From positions 1,940-65,939 of the forward strand of contig CAMDEX010000003.1 in the NCBI GenBank assembly GCA_945897075.1: DNA of 64,000 nt. Direction: 5' to 3'. The position numbers and the translations under genes were made by a program. The notes under the pieces were generated by a model that ran no database searches, was not told the origin of the DNA, and worked only from the letters and a program-made list of their open reading frames with translations. Source of the DNA: Litorilinea aerophila (GTDB lineage: Bacteria; Chloroflexota; Anaerolineae; Caldilineales; Caldilineaceae). This document shows positions 53,578-62,040 of the stretch, piece after piece. The first letter of the stretch is position 1. Each line of letters opens with the position of its first letter.

Positions 53578-55620
53578 TTAGACGATTGCCCGCTCCACGC
53601 GGAAGGGTGTCCCCTCCACCGGCTCTTCGTCGAATTCCCGTGCCGCCAAATGGCCCGCATAGACGGCCTGGGCGATGATATTGGGCGCTTCGGCGTCGCC
53701 GATGACCCGCAGCGAGGCCAGCTTTCCCCCGGCCAGCGCGGGCAGGAGATCGCTGTAAAGCGCGTCGTTGGGCTGTCGCTCTGTGACCAGCGCCACCCCG
53801 TCGCAGGCGATTTCGTCCACCCCGCCGCTGATCAGATCGGTCACCAGCACCCTGCCCGGCTGAATGGTGGCCAGGCTGTGTTGGGTACGCCAAGTGACGC
53901 CCAGACGGGCCAACCGCTGCTGGATGCGCTTCTGTTCCAGGGAGTGTTGTGTCCACTGAGAGAGCAGATCGGCGGGGGTGATCAGCGTCACCTGGCAGCC
54001 GTGGGCCACGAGCAGTTCGGCTAGCACGCCGCCCATATAATAGCTGTCGTCGTCGTAGATGACCACCTGACCGTTGGGCAACCGTCCGGCCATCAGATCG
54101 TCCGGTGTATAGACGTTCTCCCCGTCGCTCCCCGCCACGGGCCGCCAGAGCGTGCGGCCAATCCCATCGCGCCGCCAGTTCGCCCCCGTCGCCAGGATCA
54201 CGTGAGGGATTCCCGCATCCAGCACATCCGCCGCGGCCATCGGGCTGCCGGGGTAGAGGGAGACATTTGGCAACTTCTGGAGTTGGGTCAGCCGCCAGTC
54301 CGCCACCCGCCGCCATTCGCGCAGGCCGGGCAGGGCAGATTCCAGAATCACCCGTCCGCCCAACTCGCGGCGGGCTTCGGTCAGCACGACTGTATAGCCG
54401 CGCTGTCCCAGGGCGCGGGCAGATTCCAGCCCCGCGGGTCCGCCGCCCACCACAAGCACTGCTTTGTTGCTGCGTTTGGGCTGGATGATTTCCGGGTGCC
54501 AGCCCCGCCGCCACTCCTCGCCCATTGTCGGGTTCTGGGTGCAGCGGATGGGCACAATCTGCATATCGCCGGTGATGCAGATGTTGCAGCCGATACACTC
54601 CCGGATATCCTCGCTGCGCCCTTCCTGGATTTTGCGGGGCAGAAAGGGGTCGGCGATGGAGGGACGGGCCGCACCGATCAGGTCCAGCACGCCGCGGCGG
54701 ATGGCCGAAACCATCGAGTCGGGTGAGGTGTACCGCCCCACACCCACCACCGGTTTGCTGGTCAGGGATTTGACAAAGGCGATGTACTTTTCCTGGTAGC
54801 CCTCCTTTTCAAAACGGGAGGTGGCCGAATCGTTGGCCCAACCGCTGATATTTACATCCCAGAGGTCGGGCAGCTCGGCCAGCAGCGCCACAATCTCGTA
54901 GCCCTCGCCCTGGCTGGTCAGCCCGTCGTCGCCCAGCAACTCGTCCACGGCCAAGCGCACCGCCACCCCGCAGCGATCCCCCACCGTCTCTTTGCTCTCT
55001 TCGATCAACTCGCGCAGAAGACGCGTACGGTTTGCCAGGCTGCCGCCGTATTCATCTGTGCGGTCGTTATAACGGCGCAGAAGCATCTGCATGGGCAGCG
55101 TCATATTGTGGCCGGCGTAGCAGTATACAATGTCGAAGCCAGCGCGCAGGGCGCGCAGGGCCGCGTCCCGATGCCAACGGCGCACATTGCGCAAATCCTC
55201 TTTGTCCATGCGCCGGCTCTGCACAGGCGCGGTGTGGGTCACGCTCATCGAGCGCGGGCCGAGAGGCGGCACGCGCGAGAAGAGATTGGAGGCGTCAATG
55301 CCGTTATGCACCAGTTCGATGGCAGCCAGGCTGCCGTGGGCGTGGATGGCTTCGTTCATCCGCTGCCAGAGGGGGATATCCTCGTCGCCCCACAGACGGC
55401 CTTCGATATAGGGCGCAATGTCGCTGGTGTGGTGAATCTCCACCTCTTCGGTACAGACGACACCCCAACCCCCTTCGGCCTTCACCCCGCGCATAGCGGC
55501 CATGGATTTGGGCATCCGATAGCCCATCCCGTTGCAGTGGGGTACTTGATAGAAGCGGTTGGGCGCTGTCACGGGGCCGATCTGAATCGGCTGGAAGAGA
55601 ATGTCAAAGGGGTTGGACAT
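53578..55620 (-). CDS. NADH:flavin oxidoreductase with Fe-S and FAD/NAD(P) domains (trimethylamine dehydrogenase / 2,4-dienoyl-CoA reductase family)
   Basis: 680 aa. OYE-like N-terminus with RFYQVPHCNG (TMADH-type Cys). 4Fe-4S CIGCNIC. Dinucleotide fold VLVVGGGPAGLE. Confidence 0.9.
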   Translation of the reverse strand: MSNPFDILFQPIQIGPVTAPNRFYQVPHCNGMGYRMPKSMAAMRGVKAEGGWGVVCTEEVEIHHTSDIAPYIEGRLWGDEDIPLWQRMNEAIHAHGSLAAIELVHNGIDASNLFSRVPPLGPRSMSVTHTAPVQSRRMDKEDLRNVRRWHRDAALRALRAGFDIVYCYAGHNMTLPMQMLLRRYNDRTDEYGGSLANRTRLLRELIEESKETVGDRCGVAVRLAVDELLGDDGLTSQGEGYEIVALLAELPDLWDVNISGWANDSATSRFEKEGYQEKYIAFVKSLTSKPVVGVGRYTSPDSMVSAIRRGVLDLIGAARPSIADPFLPRKIQEGRSEDIRECIGCNICITGDMQIVPIRCTQNPTMGEEWRRGWHPEIIQPKRSNKAVLVVGGGPAGLESARALGQRGYTVVLTEARRELGGRVILESALPGLREWRRVADWRLTQLQKLPNVSLYPGSPMAAADVLDAGIPHVILATGANWRRDGIGRTLWRPVAGSDGENVYTPDDLMAGRLPNGQVVIYDDDSYYMGGVLAELLVAHGCQVTLITPADLLSQWTQHSLEQKRIQQRLARLGVTWRTQHSLATIQPGRVLVTDLISGGVDEIACDGVALVTERQPNDALYSDLLPALAGGKLASLRVIGDAEAPNIIAQAVYAGHLAAREFDEEPVEGTPFRVERAIV

Positions 55621-55690
55621 AAGGGTTTCCTTGTGCGTGGCGCGTGGCGCGTAAAACAGTGTAGCCGACAGCCAAAGGTGCGGGCCGAAA

Positions 55691-55759
55691 GGTGAAGCGT
55701 GAAACGTGAAACGTGAAACGTGAGGGTATGTGACTTGAATTCACGTTTTACGTTTCACG
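55691..55759. repeat. palindromic STR hairpin (GTGAAAC family) between two minus-strand oxidoreductase genes
   Basis: GGTGAAGCGTGAAACGTGAAACGTGAAACGTGAGGgtatgtgacttgaatTCACGTTTTACGTTTCAC. Confidence 0.9.
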
Positions 55760-55782
55760 GGTCTGAAGGTTGCGCAGCGCTC

Positions 55783-57048
55783 TCAGGCAAAGATCGTAGC
55801 GTCCAGATAGTCATTGCGGAACTTGCCCTGGGGATCGAAGGCTTGGGCCAGCGCCCGGAACTCATGCAGTTTGGGGTAGCGGGCTTGAATCTGCTCTCCT
55901 GGCATCGTAAAGAGTTTGCCCCAGTGCGGGCGGGGCTGGAAGGGGGCAAGCTGCTTTTCGATCAGGGGCAGCAGACCGCGCACAGAGGGCCAATCGTTGT
56001 TCAAAGAAAAGTGGATGCCGATCGTCGCCTGCTCATACGCGGTGCTCATCCACAGGCTGTCAGCAGCCACGCTGCGTATCTCGGAAAGGATCAGAACCGG
56101 GCCCAATTCGCGGCGCAGGCGGGCCACAGCAGCCAGGGCTGCCACCGCATACTTGCGATCCACGAAGTACTCAGCCTGCAACTCGTCGCCGCTGGCCGGG
56201 GCGTGATCGATCAAAAAGTGGGGCAGCCGGGTCTGCCAGGGGCCTGGAATGCCCATCTGTGGGGTGCAGGGGTCCGCGGAAAGCCGCTTCAACGGGTGCA
56301 AATGGCGGGTGGCGAGGGCACCGCCGTAGAAGGTGGGCGCAGGGGTCAGCCCACTTCCATCCGCCAGATGCCGCTTGAGCCAGACCTGATTGATTGATTC
56401 CTCCTGCCAGTCGGTGAAGAAGCTGACACTGTAGGCGCTGGAAAAGATGGCGTCAAAATGGGCTTCGGCCTGGGCCAGTGGTAGCCTTTCGTAGACCTCC
56501 TGCTGCATAACAAAGGCTGGTTGCGTCTCCAGTGCCATGCGCGTCACCACCCCCAGCGCGCCCAGATTCACCACCGCGCCCAGAAAGGTCTCGCCATCTT
56601 TCTGCCGGGAAAGGGTGACAATCTCCCCATCTGCCCGCACCAGTTCCAGGGCCGTGACGGCTGTCGCCAGGTTGCCGTTGCCGTCACCGGAGCCATGGGT
56701 GGCCGTAGCAACAGCCCCGGCCACGCTAATGTGGGGCAGGGAGGCCATATTGTGCAGGGCGCGGCCCGCCTTGTCCAATTGGGTGCAGAGTTGGCCGTAG
56801 GTAATACCGCCGCTGACTGTTACGCTCTGCCCTGTCTGGTCAATCGAAAGGCTCTGGTCCATTTTGTCCAGGCAGATCTGTTCTTCCGTCGTGTCAGTGA
56901 TGGCGTTGAAGGAGTGGCGCGCGCCGAAGACTTTCACTTTGCGGCTGCGGGCAACGATCTCTTGCACTTGCTCGATAGATTCGGGGTGGTGGACTCTGGC
57001 CGAGGCGTAGCGAATGTTTCCGGCCCAGTTGCGTCGAAGCTCATTCAT
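55783..57048 (-). CDS. FAD-linked oxidase of the D-arabinono-1,4-lactone / alditol oxidase family
   Basis: Start refined to the ATG at 57048. NWAGNIRY...VFGARHSFN, C-terminal ALO block PHWGK. Confidence 0.85.
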   Translation of the reverse strand: MNELRRNWAGNIRYASARVHHPESIEQVQEIVARSRKVKVFGARHSFNAITDTTEEQICLDKMDQSLSIDQTGQSVTVSGGITYGQLCTQLDKAGRALHNMASLPHISVAGAVATATHGSGDGNGNLATAVTALELVRADGEIVTLSRQKDGETFLGAVVNLGALGVVTRMALETQPAFVMQQEVYERLPLAQAEAHFDAIFSSAYSVSFFTDWQEESINQVWLKRHLADGSGLTPAPTFYGGALATRHLHPLKRLSADPCTPQMGIPGPWQTRLPHFLIDHAPASGDELQAEYFVDRKYAVAALAAVARLRRELGPVLILSEIRSVAADSLWMSTAYEQATIGIHFSLNNDWPSVRGLLPLIEKQLAPFQPRPHWGKLFTMPGEQIQARYPKLHEFRALAQAFDPQGKFRNDYLDATIFA

Positions 57049-57125
57049 CTGTATACTCCTTGTGGGTACAATGGCGTGTAAGAAAGCACAAGAGAAATCA
57101 TACACCATTCAGGCAAAAAAGAGCT

Positions 57126-58439
57126 ATGAACGCTACTCACCTACCTGCGACGGGCGCAACCTACCGCGTGCCCGGTCTCGTTCTCACCGACCACTGGTTT
57201 GATCTGCCTCTTGATCACGCACAGCCCGCTGGCCCGACCATTTCAGTCTATGGACGGGAGGTGGTCGCCCCCCAAAAGCAAAACGACGCTCTGCCCTGGC
57301 TGCTCTTTCTGCAGGGTGGCCCTGGCTTTGGCGCGCCCCGACCGCTCAGCGCCAGTGGCTGGCTGAAACGGGCCATGCAGGAGTTCCGCATCTTCCTCTT
57401 GGACCAGCGGGGCACAGGCCGCAGCACGCCAGTCAACCGGCAGACGCTGGCTGCTCTTGGCTCAGCCCGACAGCAGGCCGACTATTTGAAGCACTTTCGC
57501 GCCGACTCGATTGTGCAGGATGCGGAATGGATCCGGCGCAGGCTGGTCGGCGCAAACGAACCGTGGAGCGTACTCGGGCAGAGCTATGGCGGCTTCTGTA
57601 CGGTTCACTATCTTTCTGCCGCGCCGGAAGGAGTGCGCGAAGTCTTCATCACCGGCGGTCTGCCCCCACTCATGGCGACCGCGGATGAAGTCTATAGAGC
57701 TACCTATCGCCGGGTATTGGAGCAGAACGGGTTGTATTACCGCCGCTATCCGAGAGACGTGGAGGTGGTGCGCCGGGTGGTGGATGCCCTGACCGCACGC
57801 GAGGTTCTGTTGCCATCGGGTGATCTGCTGACACCCCGCCGACTGCAACAATTGGGGCTGGCGTTTGGGGCCAGCGATGGCCGCGAGCAGGTCCACTACC
57901 TCTTCGAGCAGGCCTTTGTGCAAGGCAGACACGGCCCAGAGTTGGGCTATCCTTTCTTGCACGCGGTTGAAGCGATGCAATCGTTCAACACCAACCCCAT
58001 CTTTGCCATCCTGCACGAATCAATCTACTGCCAGCAGAAGGCTTCCAACTGGGCCGCCCACCGCATCCGCAACGAATATCCCGCCTTTGACAGCGCCCAA
58101 GCTGGGCCTGTCTATTTTACCGGCGAAATGATCTACCCGTGGATGTTCGATGAGTACGGCGAGTTGCAGCCACTGCAAGAAGCCGCCGATCTTCTCGCCT
58201 CTGATGCCAGTTGGCCGCGGCTCTACGACGGGGAGCGGCTGGCCCAGAATCAGGTGCCGGGGGCAGCCGCGGTCTATTACGACGATATGTATGTGGAGCG
58301 CAGCTTCTCTGAGGAGACGGCGCGGGCCATTCCCAACCTGCGTATGTGGATCACAAACGAATATGAGCACAATGCCCTGCGCGCCGACGGCGAGGTCGTC
58401 CTGGAGCGGCTGATTCAGATGGTGCGCGGCGAACGGTAG
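57126..58439 (+). CDS. alpha/beta hydrolase, prolyl aminopeptidase (S33) family
   Basis: Start refined to the ATG at 57126. LFLQGGPGFG, LLDQRGTGRS, nucleophile elbow GQSYGG. Confidence 0.85.
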   Translation: MNATHLPATGATYRVPGLVLTDHWFDLPLDHAQPAGPTISVYGREVVAPQKQNDALPWLLFLQGGPGFGAPRPLSASGWLKRAMQEFRIFLLDQRGTGRSTPVNRQTLAALGSARQQADYLKHFRADSIVQDAEWIRRRLVGANEPWSVLGQSYGGFCTVHYLSAAPEGVREVFITGGLPPLMATADEVYRATYRRVLEQNGLYYRRYPRDVEVVRRVVDALTAREVLLPSGDLLTPRRLQQLGLAFGASDGREQVHYLFEQAFVQGRHGPELGYPFLHAVEAMQSFNTNPIFAILHESIYCQQKASNWAAHRIRNEYPAFDSAQAGPVYFTGEMIYPWMFDEYGELQPLQEAADLLASDASWPRLYDGERLAQNQVPGAAAVYYDDMYVERSFSEETARAIPNLRMWITNEYEHNALRADGEVVLERLIQMVRGER

Positions 58440-58472
58440 CAATCTATCAACCATTCCCGAAAGGAACCACCT

Positions 58473-59054
58473 ATGCCCACGCCAACCCGCCAGGAAGCCT
58501 ACGCTCTGCTCTGTGAATGGGTAGAATCGGAAAGCCTGCGCCGCCACAACCTGGCCGTGGAAGCGGCCCTGCGCGCTTATGCCCGTCATTACGGCGAGGA
58601 CGAGGAACTCTGGGGGCTGACCGGGCTACTCCACGACCTGGACTACGAACGCTGGCCCGATATGGACGACACGCAAAACGGCCATCCGCGCACGGAGCTG
58701 CGTCTCTTTCGCGAACGGGGCTACCCCGCCGCACTGATCCACGCCGTGGAAGCCCACGCCACTTTTCTGGGCGTGCCGCGTATCTCCCAATTGGACAAGG
58801 CGCTGCTGGCCTGTGACGAGCTGACCGGACTGATTCTGGCCTGCGCCTATGTGCGCCCGGACAAAAATCTGCGCGATGTGGGGGTCAGTTCGGTCAAAAA
58901 GAAATGGAAAAACCGCAAATTTACCGAAGCCATTGACCGCGACGAGAACGAACACTTCATTGCCGAGCTGGGCGTGGACTTCGACGAACACGTGGGGCGG
59001 GTTCTGGCGGCTATGCAAGAGGTGGCAGAGGCGTTGGGGGTGGCGGGGGAGTAG
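58473..59054 (+). CDS. HD-domain phosphohydrolase
   Basis: 193 aa. LRRHNLAVE...LTGLLHDLDYE HD signature. Confidence 0.8.
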   Translation: MPTPTRQEAYALLCEWVESESLRRHNLAVEAALRAYARHYGEDEELWGLTGLLHDLDYERWPDMDDTQNGHPRTELRLFRERGYPAALIHAVEAHATFLGVPRISQLDKALLACDELTGLILACAYVRPDKNLRDVGVSSVKKKWKNRKFTEAIDRDENEHFIAELGVDFDEHVGRVLAAMQEVAEALGVAGE

Positions 59055-59113
59055 GGATTGGGGATTGGGGACTGGGGATTGGGTGTCAAGTCCCGATCCC
59101 CAATCCCCAATCA
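59054..59113. repeat. palindromic STR hairpin (GGGGAYT family) between convergent HD and GT2 genes
   Basis: TAGGGATTGGGGATTGGGGACTGGGGATTGGGtgtcaagtCCCGATCCCCAATCCCCAATCA. It touches both stop codons. Confidence 0.9.
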
Positions 59114-60082
59114 CCGCTTCCTCTCCTCCAACTCCCTCTTGCGCTGCCGGTAGAGGATTTCCTCCAGCAGCCCGCGCTGGGTGGAGGAGATGTCCGCCAG
59201 AACGCCGAAGAGGAAGATCAAGAAGCCGACGGTGAGCAGTGTGCCGCCGATGGTGACCGATTGGGTGAGGCGACCCACGCCGGCTTGGGTGGTAAAGAGA
59301 TAGAAAAAGAAGAAGCGCGCCAGCAGAAGCAGGCCGCCGACAATGAAGGGCGCGGCCAGAAAGGAGAAGCTGCGCAGGGGTTCGTAAAAGGTGTAGAGGC
59401 GCACGATTGTGGCCGAAGATCGCTTCACATAACTCCAGGTGCTGCGCATCAGCCGCGAGTCACGCGTCGGGTCGTTGACCTCAATCGGCACGCTGGCAAT
59501 CACCAACCCCTTTTTCCCCGCCTGGATAATCGTCTCCAGCGTGTAGGTGTAGCTGGTCAGTACAATCAGACGCAGGGCGGCTTCCCGGCTAAAGGCACGG
59601 AAGCCGCTGGTGGCGTCCGGGACAGGCGTGCCCGACGCCACCCGCACCACCCAACTCCCCCCCTGCTGCAGGAAGCGCTTGAGCGGCGAAAAGTGGGTGA
59701 TCTGGTAGGTCTGGCGATCCCCAATCACAATGTCGGCTTCCCCGCGCAGCACAGGCCCGATCAGAGCGCCGACAAAGCGCCCCGGATACTGGTTGTCCCC
59801 ATCCGTATTGACCACCAGATCCGCGCCGGCGGCCAGACAATAGTCCAGCCCGGCCTGGAAAGCCGCGGCCAGCCCCCGGTTGCGGGGCAGACGCAAAATG
59901 TGCTCTACGCCCAATTCCGCGGCGATGCGGGCTGTGCCGTCGCTGCTGCCGTCATCAATCACCAGCACCTCCAGACGGGAGACACCGGGCAGGGAACGGG
60001 GCAGATCAGCCAGGACGAGGGGCAGAGTCTCTGCTTCGTTGTAACAGGGAATTTGGATGATCAGGTGCATAAAGGCGGCCAT
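59111..60082 (-). CDS. family 2 glycosyltransferase with C-terminal TM helices
   Basis: IQIPCYNEAETL, VIDDGSSDGT, NTDGDNQY (DxD-like). Two C-terminal hydrophobic helices. Confidence 0.9.
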   Translation of the reverse strand: MAAFMHLIIQIPCYNEAETLPLVLADLPRSLPGVSRLEVLVIDDGSSDGTARIAAELGVEHILRLPRNRGLAAAFQAGLDYCLAAGADLVVNTDGDNQYPGRFVGALIGPVLRGEADIVIGDRQTYQITHFSPLKRFLQQGGSWVVRVASGTPVPDATSGFRAFSREAALRLIVLTSYTYTLETIIQAGKKGLVIASVPIEVNDPTRDSRLMRSTWSYVKRSSATIVRLYTFYEPLRSFSFLAAPFIVGGLLLLARFFFFYLFTTQAGVGRLTQSVTIGGTLLTVGFLIFLFGVLADISSTQRGLLEEILYRQRKRELEERKR

Positions 60083-60134
60083 TTCGGGGCGATAAGTGAC
60101 AAAAAGCTACGCCGATTGTACCACAAGGCTGCTC

Positions 60135-60171
60135 AAAGTCCCCGGCACTTTCTGAAGTGCCGGGGACTTTT
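60135..60171. terminator. second copy of the same terminator hairpin (GTCCCCGGCACT stem)
   Basis: AAAGTCCCCGGCACT-ttctga-AGTGCCGGGGACTTTT, between the 60212-61045 gene and the GT2 gene. Confidence 0.7.
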
Positions 60172-60211
60172 GACAAATGACACCCTCTCCTCCCTTCCTC
60201 CCTGCCTCCCT

Positions 60212-61045
60212 TCACCTCCCCCTCCACCAATCCTTGCGCGAGCGCGGGTCCATAAATGTACCCCGATCGCGCACGGCCACCAGCACTTCTGCGGAGCGGG
60301 CTGTGCCCAACACATCGCCGTTGCGCAGAGCGGGCAGATTGCCACGCCCGTCTGTGTTGGCCTGCCGATAGAGCGCCAGCAGATTGGCGTCCACACACAG
60401 CGATTCCAGATGCAGCGCATAGCCGGGGGCTACTGTGTCGTGACGGGTGTAAGCGAGCGTCAACCGATTCTCCGCCGCGTAGAGGACGAGGACTTTGTAG
60501 TCGCCTGCGTAGATTTCATCTTTGCGGCTGGCAAAAGAGAGCGTCTCCGTCACAGCGGTCGCCAAGCCCAACAGGGAAACTTCGCTCTCTGTGAGATGGG
60601 GGCTGACGCAGCCATCTACGCCGCACGTCCAATCCCAATCGTAGACCCGGTGCGCTGAGGTAAACGCGGGTGTGCGCCCATCCGCAAAGATGCCCGCCAG
60701 TTGGGGCGCATCCCCGTCCGTGTGCCCATTGATGTCTATGAGGCCGAGCGTCGCGCTGACCGGCATGTGGCCGCGCAGGGCCAGGTTGAGATCGCCGTGC
60801 AATTCGTCCGGGTGATCGGCGGGCTGGCCATCCACCGGGATCAGCTCGTAGATTCGTTCGGAGGTCGGTGGACAGACGGGTGCTGGGTTGCCGGCAACGA
60901 GAGGCAAGTAGAGCGGAGAGGGTGGCAGGGTAGGATGGGAATTTGTCGCCAGCGCGTGGACAGCCCCCACGCTCGCCAACAGAAGCAGCGCCAGAACAAC
61001 AAAAGAGTACCTTCGGTTTCCAGGATTCTTGCGTAGTGTACTCAT
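60212..61045 (-). CDS. secreted hypothetical protein
   Basis: 277 aa. Signal peptide FVVLALLLLASVGAVHALA. No domain recognised. Coding-like composition, followed by a hairpin terminator. Confidence 0.65.
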   Translation of the reverse strand: MSTLRKNPGNRRYSFVVLALLLLASVGAVHALATNSHPTLPPSPLYLPLVAGNPAPVCPPTSERIYELIPVDGQPADHPDELHGDLNLALRGHMPVSATLGLIDINGHTDGDAPQLAGIFADGRTPAFTSAHRVYDWDWTCGVDGCVSPHLTESEVSLLGLATAVTETLSFASRKDEIYAGDYKVLVLYAAENRLTLAYTRHDTVAPGYALHLESLCVDANLLALYRQANTDGRGNLPALRNGDVLGTARSAEVLVAVRDRGTFMDPRSRKDWWRGR

Positions 61046-61112
61046 CGGCTCCTCGTCGTAGGGCGGATTGGCAATCCGCCCAAAGCGGACGGAATACCAT
61101 TCCGTCCTACGG

Positions 61113-61856
61113 CTAACGCAATTTCGGCACCGGACCAGCCACCGTATCCAGGCTGCCGCCTAGGTCGATCAGTTCCGCAGCAATCCGGCGCAGACAGCCC
61201 GCCAGGTCGTCGGCAATCTGTCCGGGGGCCAGGCGCAGCAGCCGCCAGCGGTCGGGGAGGAGCGCGTCGCGCACCTTGTCGGTCTCGTCGCCGCAGCGGA
61301 TGCCCAGATAGCCGTTGCGGGCGCGCAGGGCAATGTCTGCCGGCCAGTCGCCCACCAGCCGGTTGGGCAGCGGACGCAGCCGGTTGTCGCGCAGCGCCTG
61401 CCAGAGTGTGTCGAAAGGGTCGTCGTCCCGGCGCAGATCGGTGATATCTTCGGCGCGCAACAACCGTTCCAGCGTTGTATGGATAAAAGTGACGCGGCGG
61501 AAAGTGGCCGCGGGTATAGGATGATCTAAACGCTGTAACGGGCCGATGTCAATGCGAAAATAGTAATCCTGGGCGCGGGGGTGATCCGTCTCCTGGGGCA
61601 ACAGTTCGGCCCGGGTGAGCAGACGGTAGCGCTGCACCGGGGCAAACCAGGTGACCGTGTGGCTCTCCTCCTTGGGCTGGAACGCGCCCGTCTGGTAGAA
61701 GGCCAGATAGTCAGCGCCGATGCGCCGGGGTGCCCGCCGTTGGGGGATGCGATACCAGCCGTCGGACGCGGCCCGGCGCAAATCTTCCGGCTGGTTGACC
61801 ACCGCCACCAGGACGGTACGCCGCTGCAAATGGGGGTCGGAATAGGCGAAGTCCAT
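61113..61856 (-). CDS. hypothetical protein (247 aa)
   Basis: Start refined to the ATG at 61856 (MDFAYSDPHL..); the ORF-track start reads through a repeat. No domain recognised. Sits immediately downstream of uvsE on the same strand. Confidence 0.6.
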   Translation of the reverse strand: MDFAYSDPHLQRRTVLVAVVNQPEDLRRAASDGWYRIPQRRAPRRIGADYLAFYQTGAFQPKEESHTVTWFAPVQRYRLLTRAELLPQETDHPRAQDYYFRIDIGPLQRLDHPIPAATFRRVTFIHTTLERLLRAEDITDLRRDDDPFDTLWQALRDNRLRPLPNRLVGDWPADIALRARNGYLGIRCGDETDKVRDALLPDRWRLLRLAPGQIADDLAGCLRRIAAELIDLGGSLDTVAGPVPKLR

Positions 61857-61870
61857 AGGCAACCTCTTTT

Positions 61871-62037
61871 GTGGTGCGTGCTGCGTAAAGAAGTAGTGAC
61901 AATTGACGCATATAGCGCGCATGTGGTGCGTGGTGCGTAGTGCGTCAAGCAGTAGTGACGATTGACGCATATATCACGCATTAGGTGTAGTAGCGAAGAA
62001 CGCACCACGCATCACGCACCACGCACCACGCACTACG
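61871..62037. repeat. composite STR element, unit GGTGCGT / ACGCACC, with a nested ~55-bp direct duplication
   Basis: Two direct copies of GTGGTGCGT..GTGCGT..AAG.AGTAGTGAC.ATTGACGCATATA..CGCAT are followed by the inverted arm ACGCACCACGCATCACGCACCACGCACCACGCACTACGC. Confidence 0.85.
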
Positions 62038-62040
62038 CTG

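Noticed and set aside
59031-59262. An apparent 1-nt offset between my hand count of the printed sequence and the ORF-track coordinates around the G-run at 59036-59041. The stops of 58473-59054 and 59111-60082 appear 1 nt later in my count.
   Set aside because: This is most likely my own miscount of a homopolymer run and not a real frameshift, because ORF-track frames are self-consistent on both sides. CDS coordinates there follow the ORF track, and repeat coordinates there may be off by 1 nt.
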